Shown here in pieces: positions 51,073 to 60,478 of a stretch of DNA of 64,000 bases. The stretch lies in the NCBI GenBank assembly GCA_018645365.1, contig JABGOP010000001.1, positions 80,118 to 144,117 of the forward strand, given 5' to 3'. This DNA comes from Candidatus Cloacimonadota bacterium. Lineage in GTDB: Bacteria > Cloacimonadota > Cloacimonadia > Cloacimonadales > TCS61. The position numbers were made by a program, and so were the translations under genes. The notes under the pieces are model-generated. The model saw only the letters and a list, made by a program, of their open reading frames with translations. It searched no databases and was not told where the DNA came from. Every line of letters starts with the position of its first letter. Within the stretch, counting starts at the first letter, position 1.

Positions 51073-52449
51073 TCAAATATTTTTGTGTTTTTCCAGTCTG
51101 TAAATTTCATTTGCGAGCGATTGTTTGTCTTTAAATTTAAGGATTTTCGCAATTTTTTCACGATTATCGTTATATTTTGTCCGCAAATGCGCCATCACTT
51201 CCGCTTTCATCGGATGCACAATGCCACCGTATTTCAAAAAATTATTTTCTAAAAGCTCAAGCACATCCCAAATAACTTCAGTCGTAAATCCTTGAATTAT
51301 TTGCTGCTCTTCTTCTGGTTTTTGAAAACATAACCTTAACTCATTTGAATTTGCGGCCAACATCTTTATCATCGCTTGATAAACGATTTTTTGAAGCTCA
51401 CGCATATTTCCTGGAAACTCATATTTTTTTAATTGGTGAAGCAAGTTTTCATTCAAAGAAATCATTTTTGTATCTGAATTTATCGCGTGTTCTCGTAAAA
51501 ATCGATTTGCAAAAATAGCAATCATAATCTCTAAATCTTCCGGCGTTTGACGCAATGGCGGAATGCTTATTTCTGCTCCCTTCAAGCGATAATACATATC
51601 TTCTCGAAAAGTATCATTTTTCACTTCGTCTAATAAATTACGATTGGTCGCGTAAATAAACCGCGGACTTATCTTAATCTCTTCAACGGAACCAACTTTC
51701 AAAATACGCTTTCGCTGAATTGCACGCAATAATTTAGCTTGCTGACTGAGTGGTAAATCGCCAATTTCGTCTAAAAATAGAATGCCTTTGTTTGCTTTCT
51801 CAAAAACGCCCATTTTACCATTTTTATCGGCACCGGTAAATGCTCCAGCTTTGTATCCAAACATTTCACTTTCGAAGAGGGATTCTGGGATTCCTGCACA
51901 ATTTTGCGTTACAAAATCACCCTTGAGTCCACTTAATTCATAAAGAGCTTTCGCCATAATTCCCTTTCCTGTTCCATTTTCGCCAAGAATTAAAACATCT
52001 GTGGTGATTTTTTCTGCGTAAAATTTGAGTAATTTGTAATTTTGTTGAAGTTGCATATTTTTTGAAATTATTATCCGTGAAAAATCTTTCAAGAAAAGCT
52101 GTAAAGCAACATGAAAATACTCTTCGTTACCTTTGGGAATAAATAAGTCTATTCCACTTTGATACGCTCGAAAAATCGTGTCGAAATCATCCCTGTACGA
52201 ACGCGCAATTATCTTCGTTTGACCATTTTTTTTTAAAGATTTTATCAGTTTGAAAACATCTTCATTATCGGTCAATTCTAAAATTACTAAATTCATCATA
52301 AATTTTTGAGTCAAATTAAATGCCCCGTTTAATGAATTTGTGAAAACACAATTTTCCACACTTTTAGTAGTTTTTTGAGGAGAAACTTCAGTATCAAAAT
52401 AAAGTACTTTTCCGTTAAATTCTTTTAGTATTTTCTCGATTTTTTGCAT
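51073..52449 (-). CDS. sigma-54-dependent transcriptional activator (bEBP) with a degenerate receiver-like N-domain
   Basis: AAA+ Walker A GENGTGKG, GAFTGA loop (YKAGAFTGAD), ESEMFGY, and a C-terminal Fis-like HTH (REKIAKILKFKDKQSLANEIYRL). The N-domain lacks the canonical DD and phospho-Asp (VLYFDTE, LVILELTD). Confidence 0.85.
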   Translation of the reverse strand: MQKIEKILKEFNGKVLYFDTEVSPQKTTKSVENCVFTNSLNGAFNLTQKFMMNLVILELTDNEDVFKLIKSLKKNGQTKIIARSYRDDFDTIFRAYQSGIDLFIPKGNEEYFHVALQLFLKDFSRIIISKNMQLQQNYKLLKFYAEKITTDVLILGENGTGKGIMAKALYELSGLKGDFVTQNCAGIPESLFESEMFGYKAGAFTGADKNGKMGVFEKANKGILFLDEIGDLPLSQQAKLLRAIQRKRILKVGSVEEIKISPRFIYATNRNLLDEVKNDTFREDMYYRLKGAEISIPPLRQTPEDLEIMIAIFANRFLREHAINSDTKMISLNENLLHQLKKYEFPGNMRELQKIVYQAMIKMLAANSNELRLCFQKPEEEQQIIQGFTTEVIWDVLELLENNFLKYGGIVHPMKAEVMAHLRTKYNDNREKIAKILKFKDKQSLANEIYRLEKHKNI

Positions 52450-52460
52450 TAAAAACCTCT

Positions 52461-54353
52461 TTATTTTATTTCAGGAAAATCAAACGATTCGGAAATTCTC
52501 ACATTTTTTGGTGTGATAAAATGCTGGAATAATTGGCACGAAAGTGCGTATAAAAACAGTCCATTTTTTAAATGTTCGGCGTCTGTTTTTTTCTGATAAT
52601 CTCGCAATTCATAAAACGACCGCAAAAGTAAGGCGGCACAAAGTGACAACAAAAATCCCTTTTGTGAGTTTTGCGATAAATTTTGCGGAATTGTCTCTTT
52701 TATTATTTCCCAAAAACCATTCAAGTGAAATGTGGATTCCGTTTTCGTAGAAAGGCCACTCACTAAATCAACTATTTGTGGGATTATTTTAAATGCACTT
52801 TTGTGGTTTTTCTTTGATAATTTTGCCAACATAAAATTTTGCATCACACATGAAATTAAAAAAGTTAAATCATAAAATAAAATCGTTTCACGCGTTTTCT
52901 CAAAATCAATTAAAACAAATTTTTTACTCGGTAACTGAATGATATTTTCGGTATTTAAATCACCCTGAATCGGATAGTAGTGTAAATTAAAAGCATCATT
53001 ATTCCATTTCTTCTCTTGAACATAAAAAGAAATATTCGGATATAATTTCCCGTCAATATTGATAAATCGTGATCTCTTTTTAATACCCACTTTTTGCCAA
53101 TTAAATTTTTGTATCTCATCAATTTTAAGTTCCAAAATATGCCAAAAATGTTCACGCGTGGTTTTGAACTTCACACAGTCAAGCGTATTTAATTTTCTTT
53201 CGTACATTTTCCGTAATTCTGCAAAAACTGCCAAACCTGTTTGATATTCTTTCTCTAAGTTTTCTTGCAGTGTGCAGACATTTTTGGTGTTTTTCTTGTC
53301 AGCAAAAAAAGTAAATAATAGGCTCGTCTGCATTTGTGGTTTGGTCAAGTTTATGTCGCTTATTAACACTGTTTTGCATGGTACGACATCTTCCGATTGC
53401 CAATATTTTCGGAATAATTTGTAGCCATTTATTTCGCGTAATAAATTATTATTGGTTATTTTTTTAAGATTATTTTGCTCAATTTTTAATACTGCAAAAT
53501 GCAGAAAATTTTCGTTTTGCATGATAACTTCTGCAAGAAAAACAAGAGCACCAGAATGCCCAGATTTCATTTTTTTGATAATATTTATATTTTTAATTTT
53601 TAGATTTTCATTATTCAAACGCAAAATTATTTGCTCAATATTTAAATCTACTTTATCTAATCTATTTTTGTGCATCTTACAATGTTTTGTCAGTTCTTCT
53701 ATTTTTTTCCGACAAATTATTGCATATTCAAAGTTTTCACTTTCTTGGAAAACATCTTCCAATTTTTGCCAAATTTCAACATTTTTTGAATCTATATTTT
53801 TGGCACATTCAAGTTTTGTAATCGCACTTGAAAAGTTTTTTTTCTTTCTCTCTTGTTTTGCATCCAAAAGAAGACTATCTATCTTTCTTTTTTTTAACAT
53901 AAAATTTAACATCTTCTGGGTAATCAATAAAATAAAAAACAAAATTGCTGATAAAATAATTTGTTTTTTATACAATTTCATTATTTTTAAACCATTTTTG
54001 AAAAATATTTTCCAATTATTATCTAGTTTACGGAAGTTTGTTCTTTCAATAAAATGTCCATCATCCAAAATTTTAATATTATGGCTTTTATGAGGAAGGA
54101 TTTCGATTAACAATAGTTCTCTGATCTCATCGTTTACAATGATGGAAAGTTCCATTGTGCCTACTTTCCTCTCCCAATTTAAAATACCACTATTTCCCAA
54201 AGTCCCTATCATTTCATTGCCATCTTTAATCGTAAAAGTTATGTTTGACACACTTGAAACAGTTAATGAAACCATCGAAGTTTTATCTAAAATAGGTATT
54301 TTATGGGAACAAGAAATCATTAAAATCAAACCCAAAAATAACCATTTTTTCAT
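52461..54353 (-). CDS. membrane-spanning lipoprotein with a cytoplasmic protein-kinase/APH-fold domain
   Basis: Lipobox LMISCS, an exo-domain of about 120 aa, and a TM (IILSAILFFILLITQ). Kinase-like motifs in order: SGHSGALVF (G-loop), FAVLKI (Lys), IQGDLNTENII (catalytic loop), VLIDFE (metal-binding). Confidence 0.55.
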   Translation of the reverse strand: MKKWLFLGLILMISCSHKIPILDKTSMVSLTVSSVSNITFTIKDGNEMIGTLGNSGILNWERKVGTMELSIIVNDEIRELLLIEILPHKSHNIKILDDGHFIERTNFRKLDNNWKIFFKNGLKIMKLYKKQIILSAILFFILLITQKMLNFMLKKRKIDSLLLDAKQERKKKNFSSAITKLECAKNIDSKNVEIWQKLEDVFQESENFEYAIICRKKIEELTKHCKMHKNRLDKVDLNIEQIILRLNNENLKIKNINIIKKMKSGHSGALVFLAEVIMQNENFLHFAVLKIEQNNLKKITNNNLLREINGYKLFRKYWQSEDVVPCKTVLISDINLTKPQMQTSLLFTFFADKKNTKNVCTLQENLEKEYQTGLAVFAELRKMYERKLNTLDCVKFKTTREHFWHILELKIDEIQKFNWQKVGIKKRSRFINIDGKLYPNISFYVQEKKWNNDAFNLHYYPIQGDLNTENIIQLPSKKFVLIDFEKTRETILFYDLTFLISCVMQNFMLAKLSKKNHKSAFKIIPQIVDLVSGLSTKTESTFHLNGFWEIIKETIPQNLSQNSQKGFLLSLCAALLLRSFYELRDYQKKTDAEHLKNGLFLYALSCQLFQHFITPKNVRISESFDFPEIK

Positions 54354-54542
54354 TTTTACTCCCAAATTGCATTAACGAATAAAATTCGCATTGCTTAAAT
54401 AGACGGAGCACATTATCCTTAATTTATGTCAAGAAATTAATCGACATAATGTTTTTTTCTTGCCAGATATGGTGTTGTTTTATTTTTGACTGTCCTTGTG
54501 CTACTTTAAATTTTGTAGCAATTTATTAAAAAGGGAGGGGTT

Positions 54543-55103
54543 ATGGCATCGACTTCCGATATTAAAAATGGAATGATTTTCAAGTTTAAGCATGGTCTTT
54601 ACGAGGTTGTGGAATTTTTACATGTGAAACCTGGTAAGGGTGCAGCATTTGTAAGAACTAAACTTAAAAATGTGGAAACTGGAAAAGTAATTGACAACAC
54701 TTTCCGAACTAGCGAAAAGTTAGAAGAAGTTAGGGTTGAAAAACATAAAAAAGAGTATCTCTATTTTGATGGCACTTTTTATGTTTTCATGGATACCACC
54801 ACCTATGAACAAGTTCAAGTTCCCAAAAAAGTGGTTGGAGATTTAGATAAATATTTAATCGAAAATATGGAAGTTACAATGAAGGTTGGACCTGACGAGA
54901 GTATTCTTGCAATGGAACCTCCAATTACGGTTATTCAGGAAATCACAGATTGCGAACCAAATGTGAAGGGAAATTCAGCATCCGTAAGTGGAAAAAATGC
55001 AACCACAAATACTGGATTAGATATCACGGTTCCATTTTTCATTGAAATTGGTGATAAAATAAAAATTGATACTCGTACTGGCGAGTACATGGAAAGAATC
55101 TAA
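54543..55103 (+). CDS. efp: elongation factor P
   Basis: SDIKNGMIFKF..GLYEVVEFLHVKPGKGAAFVRTKLKNVETGKV. 186 aa. Confidence 0.95.
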   Translation: MASTSDIKNGMIFKFKHGLYEVVEFLHVKPGKGAAFVRTKLKNVETGKVIDNTFRTSEKLEEVRVEKHKKEYLYFDGTFYVFMDTTTYEQVQVPKKVVGDLDKYLIENMEVTMKVGPDESILAMEPPITVIQEITDCEPNVKGNSASVSGKNATTNTGLDITVPFFIEIGDKIKIDTRTGEYMERI

Positions 55104-55118
55104 CAGAAGGAGTATATT

Positions 55119-55325
55119 ATGGCAAAAGGTCGTTCATTTGGGGCTAAATTAGCCCACGAGGCAAGTGCGGAAGGTAAAATCATTTGTTCAAAATGCAATA
55201 CTGAAGTAAAAAAAATCAAACTTGTAAAAGCAGCAAAATCAAAAAATGATGGTTGGTTACCAAAATATGGTTTCGTTGATATTTGTAAATGTAACGAAAA
55301 AGATATTTTGGCTGGAAAGGTTTAA
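55119..55325 (+). CDS. small Cys-containing hypothetical protein
   Basis: 68 aa with an AGGAG RBS. CSKC...CKC cysteine pairs suggest a zinc-ribbon-like fold. No family recognised. Confidence 0.5.
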   Translation: MAKGRSFGAKLAHEASAEGKIICSKCNTEVKKIKLVKAAKSKNDGWLPKYGFVDICKCNEKDILAGKV

Positions 55326-55349
55326 AATAATACTTTAACCGAAACAAAA

Positions 55350-55402
55350 ACCCTCTTGTCACAACGATGAGAGGGTCTTTGCGTGAGAACGCAAAAGAGG
55401 GT
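55350..55402 (+). promoter_or_regulatory. two tandem hairpins, with an anti-SD/SD duplication, in front of the PorV-like gene
   Basis: ACCCTCT (55350-56) pairs with AGAGGGT (55370-76). TTTGCGT-GAGA-ACGCAAA forms the second hairpin (55378-95). A second AGAGGGT copy (55396-402) is the SD of the ATG at 55407. Confidence 0.4.
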
Positions 55403-55406
55403 AAAA

Positions 55407-56303
55407 ATGAGAAAATATTTTTTTGCATTAACGCTTATGTTGGGATTATTTTCGCTAAACGCTTCCCCAAATGGAGAATATGGTTTTCAAATTTTGAAAA
55501 TTAGCTCGGGAACAGATGCAACTGCACTCGCTGAAACTGGTGCTGTTGTGTCCAAAAATGCCTTTGGTTTTATGCAAAATCCAGCAAGCGGTTTATTTCA
55601 AAAAACAAAAACTATTTCAACCGCTAACAACTCTTGGATTTTCGGGACAGCCATAAATAGCACTGCCTATTTAAATTCAGATGGAAAATCTGCTTTTGCG
55701 TGTGGATATCGTTTTCTCGATTATGGCAAGTTGATTAACTACGATGATACAGCCCAGCCAGATGGAGAATTCCATCCACTCGATTTTATTTTATCCTTCA
55801 ATTTTGCACGACGAATTTCACCAAACCACTACACTGGCATTACGCTAAACACACTTTTCGAAAAAATTGATTCTGAGTCAAGTTTTGGTTACGCCTTTGA
55901 CCTCGGCTACATCTACCTGCCGCCAATTCAAAATTTAACAATCATAACCGCTTTGAAAAATATCGGCTCCGCCACCAAAATGAAAAATGAAGGAATAATT
56001 TTACCTGTTTCGGGTGAACTCGCGATAAATTATAAATTTAGAGCCGAGCATATGACCATCTTTACGCCAGAAATTAAACTCATCAAAAATATCGATGAAA
56101 TAGCACGCGTAAATATGGGAATGAATGTAAATTTTCAAAACTTATTCGATCTAAAGATCGGTTACAAATTTAATCACGAAACACAATCAATTTCGGGCGG
56201 CGTAGATATTCATTTGAAAAAAATTACCGTTGGATACGCATTTTTACCTTTTAAATTTGAAATCGATGATGTGCATATGTTCGAATTATCGTATAAATTT
56301 TAA
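55407..56303 (+). CDS. PorV-like outer-membrane beta-barrel protein
   Basis: Signal peptide. FQILKISSGTDATALAETGAVVS...FMQNPAS resembles the PorV/PorQ-family N-terminal motif. Adjacent to a T9SS-CTD cargo gene. Confidence 0.55.
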   Translation: MRKYFFALTLMLGLFSLNASPNGEYGFQILKISSGTDATALAETGAVVSKNAFGFMQNPASGLFQKTKTISTANNSWIFGTAINSTAYLNSDGKSAFACGYRFLDYGKLINYDDTAQPDGEFHPLDFILSFNFARRISPNHYTGITLNTLFEKIDSESSFGYAFDLGYIYLPPIQNLTIITALKNIGSATKMKNEGIILPVSGELAINYKFRAEHMTIFTPEIKLIKNIDEIARVNMGMNVNFQNLFDLKIGYKFNHETQSISGGVDIHLKKITVGYAFLPFKFEIDDVHMFELSYKF

Positions 56304-56311
56304 AATGATTT

Positions 56312-59300
56312 ATGAAAAAATATCTTTTATTTGCGTTAATCTTAATTTTTCCAACAATCATTTTAGGATTAGATTTTGTCCCAAATCAACTGATATTTAA
56401 AACTGTTTTACCCAAAAACGCTGAAAATAATCACCTTCAATTAAATGATTTTGACGATTTTTTAACACAACATAATATTCAAAAAATTAAATCTATTCGA
56501 GCCAAAAAATATGATGAGTATTTTGTCGCAACCTTTGAAAATGACATAAATTGGGATGAAATTAAAAACTTAAAATTTGACGGAATTTCATATTTTCAAC
56601 CAAATTATTTGAATGAATTTCATGTTGTTCCAAATGACCCAAAATATTCTGACCAAATTGTCGATTTTCAAAATTGTAACATTCCACAAAGTTGGAATTA
56701 TACCGTTGGAAATCACGAAATAATCGTCGGAATTATCGATTCTGGCATTCATTTTAACCACCCAGATTTACAAAATAATGTTTTCATAAATGAAAATGAA
56801 ATACCAAATGACGGCATTGATAATGACAATAATGGCTACATCGACGATTGGCGTGGCTGGGATTTTGTGGATGCCCCCGAGCTTTACAGTATTGCCCTTG
56901 GCGATTTTACGGAACAAGATAACGATGCCTCTGACGAATTGAATCACGGCACTCATGTTGCCGGAATTATTGCGGCTGACACAAATAATAATGAAGGTAT
57001 TGGTGGTATTTGTTGGAATGTTTCGCTCCTACCGATTCGAGCTGGTTTCAAAACAATTGACGGAATGGGATATTTGCAAGATGATGATGCCGCCGCTGGA
57101 ATTATTTACGCTGCCGACATGGGAGCCGAGATAATAAATATCAGTTGGGGTGATGTAAATTTTTCCCAAATTATTGCCGATGCTTGCGATTATGCGGCTC
57201 AAAAAGGAGTTGTTATTGTCGCATCTGCTGGCAACGAAGGTTGTGGCGTTATCACTTACCCTGGAAAATTAGCATCCACAATTTCAGTCGGTGCGGTTGA
57301 TAAAACAAAAGAATTAACTTCGTTTTCCAGTTTCGGTTCGCAGCTTGATTTAGTTGCACCCGGAAAAGACATCATTAGTGCTTATGGTAACGAAGCAGAA
57401 AACCTATATTTTTCTCTTTCTGGCACCTCAATGTCTGCTCCATTTGTAAGTGCTGCAACTGCACTACTCCTTTCCGTAGAACCAAATTTAAGTAATCAAG
57501 AGGTGCGTGGAAAATTAATTTCCTCCACCATTGATCTCGGTGCGGTTGGTTTTGATAATTTTTATGGTAACGGACTTTTAGATATTTACAACTTACTCAC
57601 AAATAATAATTATCCCATTATTGAAATTTTATCGCCATTAGATAACACTGGAATTAGTGAAAATTTTGACATTTTTGGTACAGTAACTGCTCCAAATTTT
57701 TGGCGATATTCCGTCCAATATACATCTTCTCTACTACCCGAAATTGAAGATTGGGTCGATGTTGACGATGATAATCCTTTCTATTATTGTGCGGTCGAAA
57801 ACAACCATCTCGCCACTTTCAACATCAACACAATTCAAGATACAACCTACCAAATTAAAGTGGAATATTCAACAACCACAAATCAATTTTTTGCCGATAT
57901 TACCACCGTTCACGTAAATAGAGACGCTGCAATTTTTATTGATAGTTTGGCTACTGTTATGAAAAGATATTCTGGTGAAAACCCACACTATTTTTTACAA
58001 TCAGTTTTTGACGAAAAAGTGTTTTTGAAAATAAAAGCACCGCCCTCTACAGAATATTTTTTGGCAACAAATTCTGCTGATTCTATCCAAATTTGTGAAA
58101 TCCCAAACCACTATAATGGTAGCGATAATGTTGCCATAAAAGCAATTAATCTTGCTGGATTAGAAACAATAATTGAGAATGAAAACAACTATTTTTTTGA
58201 ACCAAATTATCAATCAATCAACACCCATTCTTTTACGCAAAACACTTTCGGTGCAAATGAACTAACCGCAATTCGCAAAACTCACGATTTCAATGAAAAT
58301 GGAAAAAACGAAATCATCGCACTCCTTGGAAATACCGAAGAATCCCGCATACTTACTACCGTTGAAATTAATGAAAACAATACCCCTAATCTGACAAATT
58401 TCTTTTTGGAAGAAATTTGGCCACACGATTTGGGCGACTCAAATAACGACGGAAAATTTGAAATTTTTGGAATTCAAAACAGTCGTCCGGTAATTTACGA
58501 CTACACCATTCCAGATGTCACATATCCAAACATCATCGTTACGGTTGACACCATTACCGCTTACGGTGGAAACTTCTGCGATTATAACAACGATGGCATT
58601 GACGATTTAATCGTCGTCGGCGATGTAAATTCAACCCGTCATTCATTAATTTTATACCGCAGATTGGAAGATGGTAGCTTTTTTTTAGACGGCGTTATTC
58701 CAAACACACTCACCGATGGCAAATTTGTTAACCGCGTTTATTGTGCTTTTCTGGATAATAATCCATTTATTGATATTTTAATTGCCGACAATAGGGGAAA
58801 TATCGTTATCTATGAAATCATTGAAGATGAACTTATTGCATCGTGGCAAACAAAGCTACCCGTCCAAGAAGCATATTATTTGGCAATTGGCAATTTTGAT
58901 GGTGAAGCGGGCAATGAATTTTGCGTCGGCGGATATATGTATGAACCGTCTCAACCTGAAAAATCGTTTTCATATTTTGCTTTTTTCAAATATGAAAGTA
59001 ACGCCTATAATTTAATTGACTACATTAGTTTTAGTGAAATTGAACCAAAAAATTCCATCGCAACAGCTGATTTTGACGGCGACGGCGATGATGAAATAGT
59101 TATTGCTGTTCCGCCTAATATTTATATTATCGACTACCAGAATGGTCATTATTTACCAATTTGGAAAGGTGAAACCGCCAAAACTTCACAAAATGTAATT
59201 GCCGCAAAATCAAAAACTGAGTCGGAAGATGGTTTTATTATTGCAAACATTCAAAATGGAGAAGAACTCTCTTCTTCAATCATAAAAATTGATATAGAAA

Positions 59301-60469
59301 ATATCAATTTTAGCGGTCCCACAACACCATCTTTTTTTGACGCAATTCCAATTGATTCCACGAAAATAAAACTCTCGTGGTTAGCTGATGATTTTGATTA
59401 TTTCAAAATATACAAAAAAGAAAATGACTCTATTGCATGCATCGATTCAACGATAAATTTATCGTTTATAGATAGCTTGTTAACCGCTGGTGACACCGTT
59501 TCATACCAAATCACAAAAATTGATTTATCGCTTTCACCTTGTGAAAGTTTACCAACAACATGGCAGGCAACTGCCCCCGTTTCCACCCCGAAAATAGTGG
59601 CAGCAAGAATGATTTCCCAACATTCATTACGCATTACTTTCGATGCACAATTGAGCAGTAATGCGACAAACATAAGCTACTACTTTGTCACGCCAACAAT
59701 GGGAAATCCAATCTCCGTAAATATAATCGAAAATAATTTTACGCTAATTTTACGCTTTAATAATTTTTTTTCAGCAGAAGATTATACGCTTTATTGTGAC
59801 GGACTTTCTGGCATAACTGGCATACTTGTTCAAGATTCTATTTCTATTGAATATTTGGCAGATACATTCGCGCCGGAAATAATCTTTTCCGAAACTTTGG
59901 ATAACAAAATCTTACGCCTTGTTTTTTCTGAAAAAATGAAAGCTGACTTAGCTGAAAATATCAATAATTACACTATGGTTCCACCAATTATTGATAATGA
60001 AAATGAGATTCAATCAATTGGGATTTCTGCCGATTCTATCGAAATTTTTCTAACTTTAAAAAATAAAATGCAACCCACAAACCAACAATATTTTTTAAAA
60101 ATAGATAATATAGAGGATGCAAATGGCAATGAAATTTCTAATTTTGGAAATAAATGTCATTTCGGCTTGACAAATTTTAATTTAAACAATCTTGTTGTTT
60201 ATCCAAATCCTCTTGACTTTACTAAAAGTAAGTGGAAAAAGATGAATTTTATCAACCTTCCGCTCGGAATATCTGGTAAAATCTTCATCTATGATTTGGT
60301 GGGAAATTTGATCTTTTTTGACGAAATTGAACTGTTTTCAAAAGAAAACCAATTTTACAGTTGGGACTGTAAAGATAATTTTGGTTTACAAATATCGTCG
60401 GGAATTTATTTTTATATTTTAAAAATGGGTGAACATTCCAAAAAGGGAAAGTTCATAATAATAAATTAG
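56312..60469 (+). CDS. S8 subtilisin-family serine protease with FG-GAP-like repeats and a T9SS-type C-terminal sorting domain
   Basis: Catalytic IIDSG (D143), NHGTHVAG (H212), SAGNEG (N308), SGTSMSAPF (S373). FG-GAP-like DxNxDGxxE repeats include CDYNNDGIDDLIVVGD and ADFDGDGDDEIVIA. C-terminus VVYPNPL....GKIFIYDLVGNLI....SGIYFYILKMG. Confidence 0.85.
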   Translation: MKKYLLFALILIFPTIILGLDFVPNQLIFKTVLPKNAENNHLQLNDFDDFLTQHNIQKIKSIRAKKYDEYFVATFENDINWDEIKNLKFDGISYFQPNYLNEFHVVPNDPKYSDQIVDFQNCNIPQSWNYTVGNHEIIVGIIDSGIHFNHPDLQNNVFINENEIPNDGIDNDNNGYIDDWRGWDFVDAPELYSIALGDFTEQDNDASDELNHGTHVAGIIAADTNNNEGIGGICWNVSLLPIRAGFKTIDGMGYLQDDDAAAGIIYAADMGAEIINISWGDVNFSQIIADACDYAAQKGVVIVASAGNEGCGVITYPGKLASTISVGAVDKTKELTSFSSFGSQLDLVAPGKDIISAYGNEAENLYFSLSGTSMSAPFVSAATALLLSVEPNLSNQEVRGKLISSTIDLGAVGFDNFYGNGLLDIYNLLTNNNYPIIEILSPLDNTGISENFDIFGTVTAPNFWRYSVQYTSSLLPEIEDWVDVDDDNPFYYCAVENNHLATFNINTIQDTTYQIKVEYSTTTNQFFADITTVHVNRDAAIFIDSLATVMKRYSGENPHYFLQSVFDEKVFLKIKAPPSTEYFLATNSADSIQICEIPNHYNGSDNVAIKAINLAGLETIIENENNYFFEPNYQSINTHSFTQNTFGANELTAIRKTHDFNENGKNEIIALLGNTEESRILTTVEINENNTPNLTNFFLEEIWPHDLGDSNNDGKFEIFGIQNSRPVIYDYTIPDVTYPNIIVTVDTITAYGGNFCDYNNDGIDDLIVVGDVNSTRHSLILYRRLEDGSFFLDGVIPNTLTDGKFVNRVYCAFLDNNPFIDILIADNRGNIVIYEIIEDELIASWQTKLPVQEAYYLAIGNFDGEAGNEFCVGGYMYEPSQPEKSFSYFAFFKYESNAYNLIDYISFSEIEPKNSIATADFDGDGDDEIVIAVPPNIYIIDYQNGHYLPIWKGETAKTSQNVIAAKSKTESEDGFIIANIQNGEELSSSIIKIDIENINFSGPTTPSFFDAIPIDSTKIKLSWLADDFDYFKIYKKENDSIACIDSTINLSFIDSLLTAGDTVSYQITKIDLSLSPCESLPTTWQATAPVSTPKIVAARMISQHSLRITFDAQLSSNATNISYYFVTPTMGNPISVNIIENNFTLILRFNNFFSAEDYTLYCDGLSGITGILVQDSISIEYLADTFAPEIIFSETLDNKILRLVFSEKMKADLAENINNYTMVPPIIDNENEIQSIGISADSIEIFLTLKNKMQPTNQQYFLKIDNIEDANGNEISNFGNKCHFGLTNFNLNNLVVYPNPLDFTKSKWKKMNFINLPLGISGKIFIYDLVGNLIFFDEIELFSKENQFYSWDCKDNFGLQISSGIYFYILKMGEHSKKGKFIIIN

Positions 60470-60478
60470 GAGAAAACG

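Noticed and set aside
53452-54093. 213-aa plus-strand ORF
   Set aside because: It is antisense to the kinase-fold lipoprotein gene and has a phenylalanine/serine-rich shadow-frame composition.
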